Origin: Escherichia phage AV117
Length of the DNA: 64,000 bases
Direction: 5' to 3' (one strand)
Sequence record: OR352947.1
In this document: positions 33,466 through 43,238 of the stretch, piece after piece
Layout of the letters: the number at the start of each line of letters is the position of its first letter
Position numbering within the stretch: position 1 is the stretch's first letter
Notes under the pieces: model-generated
What the model saw: the letters and a program-made list of their open reading frames with translations, nothing else
The model's database searches: none
Told to the model about the DNA's origin: nothing
Translations under genes and position numbers: made by a program

Positions 33466-33645
33466 TTATGCAACAACCTTTCCAAAACGAGAAGCATCAT
33501 CTCGAAGAACTGCACGTGCTCTGCGCATGATCTTCTCAACTGTTTGATTAATACGAGAGTTCGACCCACGCTTGTATCCAGCGCGTTTAGAGGTACCATC
33601 AACTTTCTTTTCAACTGCTTTCTTTGCTTTAGCTTGTTTTGCCAT
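33466..33645 (-). CDS. hypothetical small basic protein (not in ORF track, 59 aa)
   Basis: ATG-initiated frame giving MAKQAKAKKAVEKKVDGTSKRAGYKRGSNSRINQTVEKIMRRARAVLRDDASRFGKVVA, followed by a GGGAGAC-UUCG-GUCUCCC terminator; the ORF-track entry 33429..33614 is a different frame. Confidence 0.5.
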   Translation of the reverse strand: MAKQAKAKKAVEKKVDGTSKRAGYKRGSNSRINQTVEKIMRRARAVLRDDASRFGKVVA

Positions 33646-33808
33646 TATAAATTCTCTTTAAATGAAAATGCAGGACTTATTGACATTGCCTGCGCAAGCC
33701 CTCAAGGGGAACATAGGTTTTGGATATTTAACGACAGGATAACCATAAACCCGTCATCATACCTACCATGACTTACACAGCTAACATTTTGCTGACGCAT
33801 GATAGTAA

Positions 33809-34057
33809 TTATTTCAAAGTAATAACAAAATGACGAACTGCTTTACGTGCTGCAGAAGCCAGAGGCTTAGCATATTTCAATTCATCTTTAGCTTCCAGTT
33901 CAGAAGCCAGAGTAGCCTGAGCAGGATTCAGATGTTTGAAATATCGCAGGATTTCCAGTGCTTCGGCTTCAACATCAATAGATGCGCCGTAATTGTCATG
34001 GCCATTATTCCATGCATGGCGTTGCAGTTCAAGAGCGTGTTGTAATTGTTTAGTCAT
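33809..34057 (-). CDS. rIII: rIII lysis inhibition accessory protein
   Basis: 82 aa, exactly T4 RIII length, adjacent to gene 31. Confidence 0.85.
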   Translation of the reverse strand: MTKQLQHALELQRHAWNNGHDNYGASIDVEAEALEILRYFKHLNPAQATLASELEAKDELKYAKPLASAARKAVRHFVITLK

Positions 34058-34181
34058 TTTAAATTCTCAATTCGAGATAATATTTAGTAGCCACGTTCGT
34101 CTGAATTTCACCTTCTTTCGACAAGTCTCTCAGTTGTAGGCTACCGCTTAGAAGAGTGTTCTCTTCATATAGTTATTTATA

Positions 34182-34514
34182 TCACTTATAAAGACACGGA
34201 ATAGCTTTATAGTGGCATGTTACGAATTTCTGTTTAATTTCTTTAGGTTGTTTAAGTCCCAAAGCCACAAATGGATGCGGAACATTTCGAATTTGTCCAA
34301 CTGGTAGTGGAGTCAAATCACCGACTTCAACAAAACCTTCAGGAACATCAGGACCTACAGAATGAACTACACATAGTTCAGGAACTTCACCTTGAACACG
34401 TTTACCAATCACAAGTCCTGATTCTGTAACTTCTTCATCACCTGCTTGTGCGGGTTCAGAAACCAGAATGACATATTCACCAACAGCACGAATTGGGAGT
34501 TGTACTTCAGACAT
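34182..34514 (-). CDS. 31: co-chaperonin gp31 (GroES analogue)
   Basis: 110 aa; near-identical to recalled T4 gp31 sequence ([21 protein letters not shown]...). Confidence 0.95.
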   Translation of the reverse strand: MSEVQLPIRAVGEYVILVSEPAQAGDEEVTESGLVIGKRVQGEVPELCVVHSVGPDVPEGFVEVGDLTPLPVGQIRNVPHPFVALGLKQPKEIKQKFVTCHYKAIPCLYK

Positions 34515-34571
34515 CTTATTTCCTTGTTGTTTGACGATAGATTAATAATACCATACTATTCGTAAAGCATA

Positions 34572-34880
34572 TTACATAAGAAGCAAACGTTCTACCGGAG
34601 TGCCATCAACCGAAATTACTTTATCAAGGCGGAAAGAACGCCACTGACCTAACTTGGTATCGAATGCTCGAACTGATTCACGAGGTTCATAACGAACTTC
34701 TGTTGCTGGATTGTTATTTTCGTATTTGACTTCAAGTTCATCGCGCGAAGCAAACATAGTGCGTACCTCGCCGTTAGCCTTTTCAAATACAACACAATGA
34801 ACGCCTACAGACAGAATAGTTTTAATACGTTCACGAAGAACCATAGTTTCTTGTTCAGTTAAAATCATATTATTCACCAC
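34572..34880 (-). CDS. hypothetical protein (31.1 position)
   Basis: 102 aa ORF between cd and gene 31. Confidence 0.6.
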   Translation of the reverse strand: MVNNMILTEQETMVLRERIKTILSVGVHCVVFEKANGEVRTMFASRDELEVKYENNNPATEVRYEPRESVRAFDTKLGQWRSFRLDKVISVDGTPVERLLLM

Positions 34881-35451
34881 AAAAGTTTCGGATTTGTTCC
34901 CAATTCAGAGAACGAAGATTATTACGAGAGTACTGAATTACTTCAATACCAGCTTGTTTTAGAATGTCTGCCCAATTTTCAGGAGATCGGTCATATAATT
35001 CTGCATATACAACCTTTTTAATACCTGACTGTGTAATAGCTTTAGTGCAATCAGGACATGGAGAAAGTGTCGTATACAACGTAGCACCTTCAATAGAATT
35101 ACCTTTACGAGCTGCAAACAAAATTGCATTCAGTTCCGCATGGATTTCGTTATTAGCGGACCATGCACTATGAGCAGCCCGATGTTCTTTAGCCAAAACA
35201 AAATTATCGGCCCGTCCAAATGCTGTAGTGCCTTCTTTATGCCCAGCAACGATGACTGGGATTGGTTTATTCTTCAACCAACCATTTTCAGATGCATGTT
35301 CGCAACAGTTAACGCCACCTGCAGGTGAACCGTTATACCCAGTAGAAATAATGCGCCCATCTTTTTCAATGACTGCGCCAACTTTCCATGAACAACATTT
35401 TGATTCTTGAGAAATCAGATATGCAATCTGAAGGTATGTGCTAGCTTTCAT
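34870..35451 (-). CDS. cd: dCMP deaminase
   Basis: 193 aa; zinc motifs HAELNAI and PCPDC; T4 Cd length. Confidence 0.95.
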   Translation of the reverse strand: MKASTYLQIAYLISQESKCCSWKVGAVIEKDGRIISTGYNGSPAGGVNCCEHASENGWLKNKPIPVIVAGHKEGTTAFGRADNFVLAKEHRAAHSAWSANNEIHAELNAILFAARKGNSIEGATLYTTLSPCPDCTKAITQSGIKKVVYAELYDRSPENWADILKQAGIEVIQYSRNNLRSLNWEQIRNFCGE

Positions 35452-36443
35452 TATTGAACCTTATTAATATAAGTTAACAGCTCTTTAGTTTGTTCCCAAC
35501 TGATGCACGCATCGGTAACGGAAACGCCATAGGACATATTATCAGAAATTTTTTGATTTCCTTCATGTAGGAATGATTCTATCATAATTCCTTTGACCAA
35601 ATCATTAGCTGCTAAATTTTTACCAATACCAATTTGATTGCTATAATGACCATCAGCGTTTGCATGGCTACAGTCAACCATTACATAATGATTCAGACCT
35701 ACTGCCCTTGCTTTGTTAGAAGCTTCTTGAATATCAGAAGAATGATAGTTCGGGCCGTTGGTCCCGCCACGCAATACGATATGCGTATTCTGATTACCTT
35801 CAGCTTCAACAATGCCTACAGTACCATCGACGTCCATACCCATATACCGATGAGGCCAGGCGGCACTATACATCGCGTCTGTAGCTACTTTAATAGAACC
35901 ATTGGTTGCGTTCTTGAAGCCTACGCACATCGGTAGACCTGAAGCAATTTCACGATGTGTCTGACTTTCAGTCGTACGGGCGCCAATAGCAACCCATGAG
36001 AAAATACCAGAAAGATACTTAATCGTGAATGGGTCTAATACTTCAGTTGCTAATGGAAGTCCCATACGTAGAAGTTTACGACACAATGTTCGTGCAACTA
36101 TAAGACCGTGGTTCATATCAAAACTTCCGTCAAGATATGGATCATTTACAAGACCTTTCCAACCTACGGTAGTTCGAGGCTTTTCAAAATAAACGCGCAT
36201 CACTAACAGAACATTAGGAAGACGAGTTTGAAGTTCAGCCAGACGTTTGCCGTATTCAACAGCAGCAATAGGGTCATGAATTGAACAAGGACCTACAACA
36301 ATAAGTTTGCGTGGGTCTTCACCGTTCATAATCGAATTAACTTGTTCGCGATGAGAAGCCACTTGTGATGCGTAAGCTTCCGACAAAGGAATAATCTCAG
36401 CCAGTTCTTTTGGAGAAATAAGTTTTCTGATGACAGGTAACAT
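35451..36443 (-). CDS. 3-deoxy-7-phosphoheptulonate (DAHP) synthase, class I (AroG/AroF/AroH-like)
   Basis: 330 aa; blocks GPCSIHD, KPRTTVGWKGL, IGARTTESQ, DCSHANA, IESFLHEGNQ, VTDACI match class I DAHP synthase; stop overlaps cd start (TAATG). Confidence 0.88.
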   Translation of the reverse strand: MLPVIRKLISPKELAEIIPLSEAYASQVASHREQVNSIMNGEDPRKLIVVGPCSIHDPIAAVEYGKRLAELQTRLPNVLLVMRVYFEKPRTTVGWKGLVNDPYLDGSFDMNHGLIVARTLCRKLLRMGLPLATEVLDPFTIKYLSGIFSWVAIGARTTESQTHREIASGLPMCVGFKNATNGSIKVATDAMYSAAWPHRYMGMDVDGTVGIVEAEGNQNTHIVLRGGTNGPNYHSSDIQEASNKARAVGLNHYVMVDCSHANADGHYSNQIGIGKNLAANDLVKGIMIESFLHEGNQKISDNMSYGVSVTDACISWEQTKELLTYINKVQ

Positions 36444-36563
36444 AACAATCCTTAGGAGATATAAACAGATTCTGATTCAACAATACCTTTAACCGGATTA
36501 GACAGGCTAAGTTAGTAGTGCTCAGATTTATGACCATTCTCGATAGTAATTAGATAACTCTCA

Positions 36564-36800
36564 TTATAGTGTTCCATATACTCGAGTTGCTTCAACGAGA
36601 CCATCACTGCCTAATTTAAGATTAGTAATTTGGTCACCATCTTTAGGATTAACGATTATGAGAAAAGAACGAGGAGATTCTTGAATAACTCGTAATGTTG
36701 CATCCTGGAAACGTTCAGACACTTTATTGATGAGTGTTTGAGCGAATTCTTTTACTTTAATCTGAAATTCGTGTACTGTAATTGGATTTTCACTTAGCAT
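36564..36800 (-). CDS. hypothetical protein
   Basis: 78 aa ORF in the cd-pseT interval. Confidence 0.5.
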   Translation of the reverse strand: MLSENPITVHEFQIKVKEFAQTLINKVSERFQDATLRVIQESPRSFLIIVNPKDGDQITNLKLGSDGLVEATRVYGTL

Positions 36801-36857
36801 TTCGATTTCCTCATTTTGGTAGAGTTAATCATATCACAACTCTACTGTGTTGTAAAC

Positions 36858-37133
36858 TTAAATTGCAAAACATTTAATTTCTTGTGAATCGAAATCAACT
36901 TCACATTGAATTACTAGATCAGCGTCAAGTCCAAACACAACAATCACATGAGCCGAACTTGGCAACAGTGTAACAGACACAGAATCCACTTGGTCTGGCA
37001 CCAGCGTATTCAAAACGTAGAGTAGTTCAGAGTGGATCTTAAGCTCGGTGGCCGTATCCGGCTTATCAAAGAAATGATTTGCGATAATCTGACTAAAAAC
37101 TACCTTTACAATTTCAGAATATTTAGGGAACAT
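36858..37133 (-). CDS. hypothetical protein
   Basis: 91 aa ORF. Confidence 0.5.
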   Translation of the reverse strand: MFPKYSEIVKVVFSQIIANHFFDKPDTATELKIHSELLYVLNTLVPDQVDSVSVTLLPSSAHVIVVFGLDADLVIQCEVDFDSQEIKCFAI

Positions 37134-37140
37134 AATTACC

Positions 37141-37365
37141 TCAGTGCACAGTATTTACTTTAACTCGAACAACAAATCGCTCGGTTGGTTCACCTACAGG
37201 AACAAACTCTACATGATATTCACCTTTGTAACGAGTATTCAGATCATTACGAATTCCTGCGAGTTTGTTGATTAATGTAGGACTCATATTAAGTCCCACT
37301 AGTTTACGAAGCATTTTGTATGCTTCATCTTCGATTTCATGATGTTTATCGTACATAGTTTTCAT
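37141..37365 (-). CDS. hypothetical protein
   Basis: 74 aa ORF. Confidence 0.5.
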   Translation of the reverse strand: MKTMYDKHHEIEDEAYKMLRKLVGLNMSPTLINKLAGIRNDLNTRYKGEYHVEFVPVGEPTERFVVRVKVNTVH

Positions 37366-37536
37366 TTAACCATTCAATTGCCTGGTCGACGTTATCAAAT
37401 ATACTGCCGTCCAACCATTCTTCATGTTCATAGTCCAGCACATCAATACCGAACCGTCCATTTACTAAAGGCCATACTACAAACAAATATTCTTTATGCT
37501 GTTCGATGGCCTCAATCACTTCATATAATCGTTTCA

Positions 37537-37537
<1 letters not shown>
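37346..37537 (-). CDS. hypothetical protein
   Basis: 63 aa ORF coupled to the pseT start. Confidence 0.45.
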
Positions 37538-38623
<1,086 letters not shown>

Positions 38624-38624
<1 letters not shown>

Positions 38625-38923
38625 TATTTTATTCCTAAGAAAATTTCAAGAATACGAATGTTATGCTCGCGCCGGTCTTTATTAATTTCAGCAACGTTTT
38701 TATTAATTGACGTACTTCTAACGTTTGAAGAAATAAATTTAATCATATGACTTTTGAGTTGTTGCAAATCCAACCCTTTTTCTTTAGCAGCTTTACGAAG
38801 AGCTTTACCTGCTTCATCTAGTGCCTTTGCTGCATCTTTGTCATAATTGCCAAGTGACATTCCACGACAGATATCAATATACTCATCAGACCGTTTGATG
38901 TAATTCTCTAGTAATGTTTTCAT
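38624..38923 (-). CDS. hypothetical protein
   Basis: 99 aa ORF. Confidence 0.5.
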
Positions 38924-38980
38924 TTAGATTTCCTCAATTATCCATAGGAGCATTATACTCTGCTCCTGAGAGTTTGTAAA

Positions 38981-39205
38981 CTATTTTACTAAAGATTCAA
39001 TATACTCGTGAAGAGCTTTAGTCGCTACTGCCCACTTATTCTGATATTCATTTTTCAGATTAGCACGAGACTGAACTAACAATCGGTCATTAGTCGGAGG
39101 CAAAGATTCTAATCGTTGAATCTGGCGCCCATAAATCATAGCCGCCATTTCAGATTCATAGATAAGCCCTTTAATGTATTCATGCTGTTCTTTAGTCATT
39201 GGCAT
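38981..39205 (-). CDS. hypothetical protein
   Basis: 74 aa ORF. Confidence 0.5.
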   Translation of the reverse strand: MPMTKEQHEYIKGLIYESEMAAMIYGRQIQRLESLPPTNDRLLVQSRANLKNEYQNKWAVATKALHEYIESLVK

Positions 39206-39486
39206 TTTTCCTCTTTTAAACCACTACGATAATAACATATCATAGTCTTCTGGTCATGTACATATCTTTTTACGTCGTTTAACCAGATACGAAATTCTTG
39301 AGAGTCTTCAAACGGCATTCCAACCCACGGATTACCATCAATAACCTTTACTTGCCATTTCTGGTTATATTCAACAATAGATTCAGGCCATGGCGGATGT
39401 AAAGTTTCTTTAGGGCTTAAGGGCACATCCTGGGCACATCCGGCCAAAATGCCAATAGATAATACAACTGCGGTTAATTTAATCAT
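39196..39486 (-). CDS. pseT.2: outer-membrane spanin lipoprotein (o-spanin)
   Basis: 96 aa; signal peptide with lipobox LAGC; follows and overlaps the TM/coiled-coil partner. Confidence 0.65.
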   Translation of the reverse strand: MIKLTAVVLSIGILAGCAQDVPLSPKETLHPPWPESIVEYNQKWQVKVIDGNPWVGMPFEDSQEFRIWLNDVKRYVHDQKTMICYYRSGLKEEKCQ

Positions 39487-39839
39487 TCTGAGAGCTTCCT
39501 GAGGTCTTCTGCAAAGGAATCGAAGGACCTGTTGATTTGTTTTTCGACCAATCCTGGTTTACTTGCCACCACGTTCTTCTTCTTCGAATCCTTACGGAGC
39601 TTTTCATTTTCGGCCTTAAGTTGGTCAACTAAAACACGGTTCTTATAAGTCATTTCTTCGATTGACTGATATTGAACCTTGAAGTCGTCTAATACTTTAG
39701 CATTGTTTTTAGCGGTCTCTTTGACAGAAGCTAATTCAGTATTCAACGAATCAACTTTGTTGTTTAAGACAACTATTGTTGCCGTAGAAACTAGAGCAAA
39801 AGCTGTTACTATAGCATAAATCGGATTTACTTTAAGCAT
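39483..39839 (-). CDS. pseT.3: inner-membrane spanin (i-spanin)
   Basis: 118 aa; N-terminal TM helix then coiled-coil-like region; 4-nt overlap with lipoprotein ORF. Confidence 0.65.
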   Translation of the reverse strand: MLKVNPIYAIVTAFALVSTATIVVLNNKVDSLNTELASVKETAKNNAKVLDDFKVQYQSIEEMTYKNRVLVDQLKAENEKLRKDSKKKNVVASKPGLVEKQINRSFDSFAEDLRKLSE

Positions 39840-40389
39840 GTTTTAATAATCTCAATGATTTCATCTCGGGATAATCCATTGATAAGAACGGTTTTCGGAC
39901 CATCACACTGGATTTTGTACGATTCAAACAATACACACAACTCTTCTGCTGTATGATATGGACTTGAAATTCCGAGGCGGTTGAATTTGTCGGTAAGAGG
40001 GTCGCAAATAATGTAGAATTTTATACCTGAGATATGTACGTTTGGTTGACTAATATTAATGAACACATTAGCATCATATTTAGTCAAATTGTTTTGAAGA
40101 AATTCTACCATGGCATTAACTGCTTCTGGCATCGCTTCACGTTTCTCTTCGGTGTAACGTGTTGAATATTCCTTTTGCTTTAACTTCTTTTTAGCATTTT
40201 TCGCTAGAGTAGTACGAAGGTCCGTAAGATAACCAACGGCACGGCCTTTCTTAAAGACCCGGATTCCATCTGTAGAATCACCAAATGCTGCCACAACCAT
40301 ATCGTTAGTAATCAATTGCATATTCATAATTTTCTCCTCGTGATGTTGATAAAAGCCATAGTAACACCTTCCTTGGTGTTTGTAAACCA

Positions 40390-40390
<1 letters not shown>
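39827..40390 (-). CDS. hypothetical protein at the T4 alc position (Alc-like candidate); true start may be internal Met
   Basis: 187 aa ORF between rnlA and the spanins; internal MNMQLITND start would give about 166 aa. Confidence 0.45.
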
Positions 40391-41523
<1,133 letters not shown>

Positions 41524-41569
41524 TCAGTTAGTTTTTTTAAATTGTACCACAATCCTTGTGGCATGTAAA

Positions 41570-41980
41570 CTACTTTTTCTTATGTTGGATATTCCAAGGC
41601 GGGTTGAACTTTTTGATAAAAAGCGGTTCTTCAAGGTCCATTGTTGCGATGGTCATTGAACCAAGTTCATTGGTGACTGAAAGGTCAAAACATTGGCGGG
41701 CCCAGAATTCAACCTTTTTGCCTTGCATTAAGGCATCCAAAATCATAAGTGATTTTCTTGAATCTGAAGTCTGGTCTTTTCGATTTATGGCTGTTCGATA
41801 ATAGTTAATGCGTTTCTTTAAATTCTTGGTTTTACCAATATACACAAGCTCGTCATCTATAGCAATAGCGTATATGACATTTTTCTTATTAGGGACGTCA
41901 ACTGTTTTAATTGTTGCATCTTCTAATAGCTCCAATTCTGTATATTTAATAAAGGAATATTCGGCGGCAATATCTTTCAT
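41570..41980 (-). CDS. denA: endonuclease II (GIY-YIG family)
   Basis: 136 aa, T4 EndoII length; GIY-YIG-like VIYAIAIDDELVYIGKT; between rnlA and nrdB. Confidence 0.85.
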   Translation of the reverse strand: MKDIAAEYSFIKYTELELLEDATIKTVDVPNKKNVIYAIAIDDELVYIGKTKNLKKRINYYRTAINRKDQTSDSRKSLMILDALMQGKKVEFWARQCFDLSVTNELGSMTIATMDLEEPLFIKKFNPPWNIQHKKK

Positions 41981-42002
41981 AATAAAGTGGGACCGAAGTC
42001 CC
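41981..42002 (-). terminator. hairpin between nrdB and denA
   Basis: minus-sense GGGAC-UUCG-GUCCC followed by a U-rich tract, immediately before the denA ATG. Confidence 0.45.
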
Positions 42003-42006
42003 GTCC

Positions 42007-43185
42007 TTAGAAATATTTTTTGTATGAATTGATTACATTTTGGTCTACATCATTATCAATTTGTGCGACAAGATAAGAACTGATTTCAACTTCCTGAGGA
42101 GCTGATTGAACTAAATCAGAGTTCAGATATTCACGAATCCAAGGATACGGATGCTTGGTCGGAGCATCAGTGATTGGACATGGCAAACCGCACTGTTTCA
42201 TACGAGACACAGTCAAGTAATCAACAAAAGCACACATACTCTGCGTATTGATACCTGGACATGTACCATCTTTAAAGAGGTGTGCAGCCCATTCCTTCTC
42301 TTGTCTATTTACTTCCATAAAAATGTCAACTGCTTCTTGTTCACATTCTTTAGCAATTTGAACCCACTCATCACCATCAGTACCAGATTGAAGTTGACGG
42401 ATAATGTACTGAGTACCCTTAAGGTGGAGTTGTTCGTCACGAGCAATGAACTTCATAATCTTTGCATTACCTTCCATAATTTCCATATTTTTATGGAAGT
42501 TGAAAGTACATGCAAATGATACGTAAAAACGAATAGCTTCTAAGGCATTGATAACATGCAAACAGAGATAAAGAGACTTCATTAAATCACGCTTAGCAGC
42601 GGCTTCTTGCTTAATAGCACGTTCTAATTGAAGGTCTGCATTAATTGACGCTTTGGCTAGTTCCGTGAATTCTTTCTGGTTTTCCCAATGACGAGTCTTG
42701 ACTAGAACATCATCGTAATATTTACCTATTGATTCAGCTCGTTTCATGATTGCTTCGTCTAATACAATTTCATCAAATACCTTAGATGGGTCTGTATAAA
42801 GATTTCGCATAATATGTGTATACGAACGAGAGTGAATAGTTTCACTGAATGTCCATGTTGCAACCCACGTATCTAATGAAGGGTCAGAAATCAGTGCCAT
42901 AAGTACCGCAGATGGGGCCCTGCCTTGGATAGAATCTAATAATGATTGATACTTAAGATTGTTTGTAAAGATGTCCTGTTGGAACTGAGGAAGCTTATTG
43001 AACTGCGCAGAGTCCAACATCAAGTTTACCTCTTCTGGGCGCCAAAAAAATGATAATTGCTTTTCGGTCAAATCTTCAAAAACTTTATGGCGTTGAATAT
43101 CATAACGCGCAATACCAAGTCCAGAACCAAAGAACATCGGTTCATTCAAAACATCGACTTGTTGTGTGTTAAAAACTGTACTCAT
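42007..43185 (-). CDS. nrdB: ribonucleotide reductase small subunit, intronless
   Basis: 392 aa uninterrupted ORF; diiron ligand motif ETIHSRSY; synteny. Confidence 0.93.
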   Translation of the reverse strand: MSTVFNTQQVDVLNEPMFFGSGLGIARYDIQRHKVFEDLTEKQLSFFWRPEEVNLMLDSAQFNKLPQFQQDIFTNNLKYQSLLDSIQGRAPSAVLMALISDPSLDTWVATWTFSETIHSRSYTHIMRNLYTDPSKVFDEIVLDEAIMKRAESIGKYYDDVLVKTRHWENQKEFTELAKASINADLQLERAIKQEAAAKRDLMKSLYLCLHVINALEAIRFYVSFACTFNFHKNMEIMEGNAKIMKFIARDEQLHLKGTQYIIRQLQSGTDGDEWVQIAKECEQEAVDIFMEVNRQEKEWAAHLFKDGTCPGINTQSMCAFVDYLTVSRMKQCGLPCPITDAPTKHPYPWIREYLNSDLVQSAPQEVEISSYLVAQIDNDVDQNVINSYKKYF

Positions 43186-43238
43186 TATATTTTCTCACTT
43201 AGTTTAACTCATCCATGAGTAAATTATAATCAAAAGTC

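Noticed and set aside
33429-33614. ORF-track 61-aa minus-strand ORF
   Set aside because: Its frame has no ATG start; the overlapping ATG-initiated frame (33466..33645) is preferred
33646-33808. 160-bp non-coding gap after rIII as a possible small RNA or tRNA
   Set aside because: No cloverleaf or conserved structure recognisable by eye; only weak hairpins. More likely a promoter/leader region
35634-35936. 100-aa plus-strand ORF inside the DAHP synthase gene
   Set aside because: Antisense to an ORF with complete enzyme motifs
35451-36443. Alternative assignment of the 330-aa enzyme as Kdo8P synthase (KdsA)
   Set aside because: GPCSIHD and KPRTTVGWKGL blocks and overall length fit DAHP synthase better than KdsA; needs alignment to confirm
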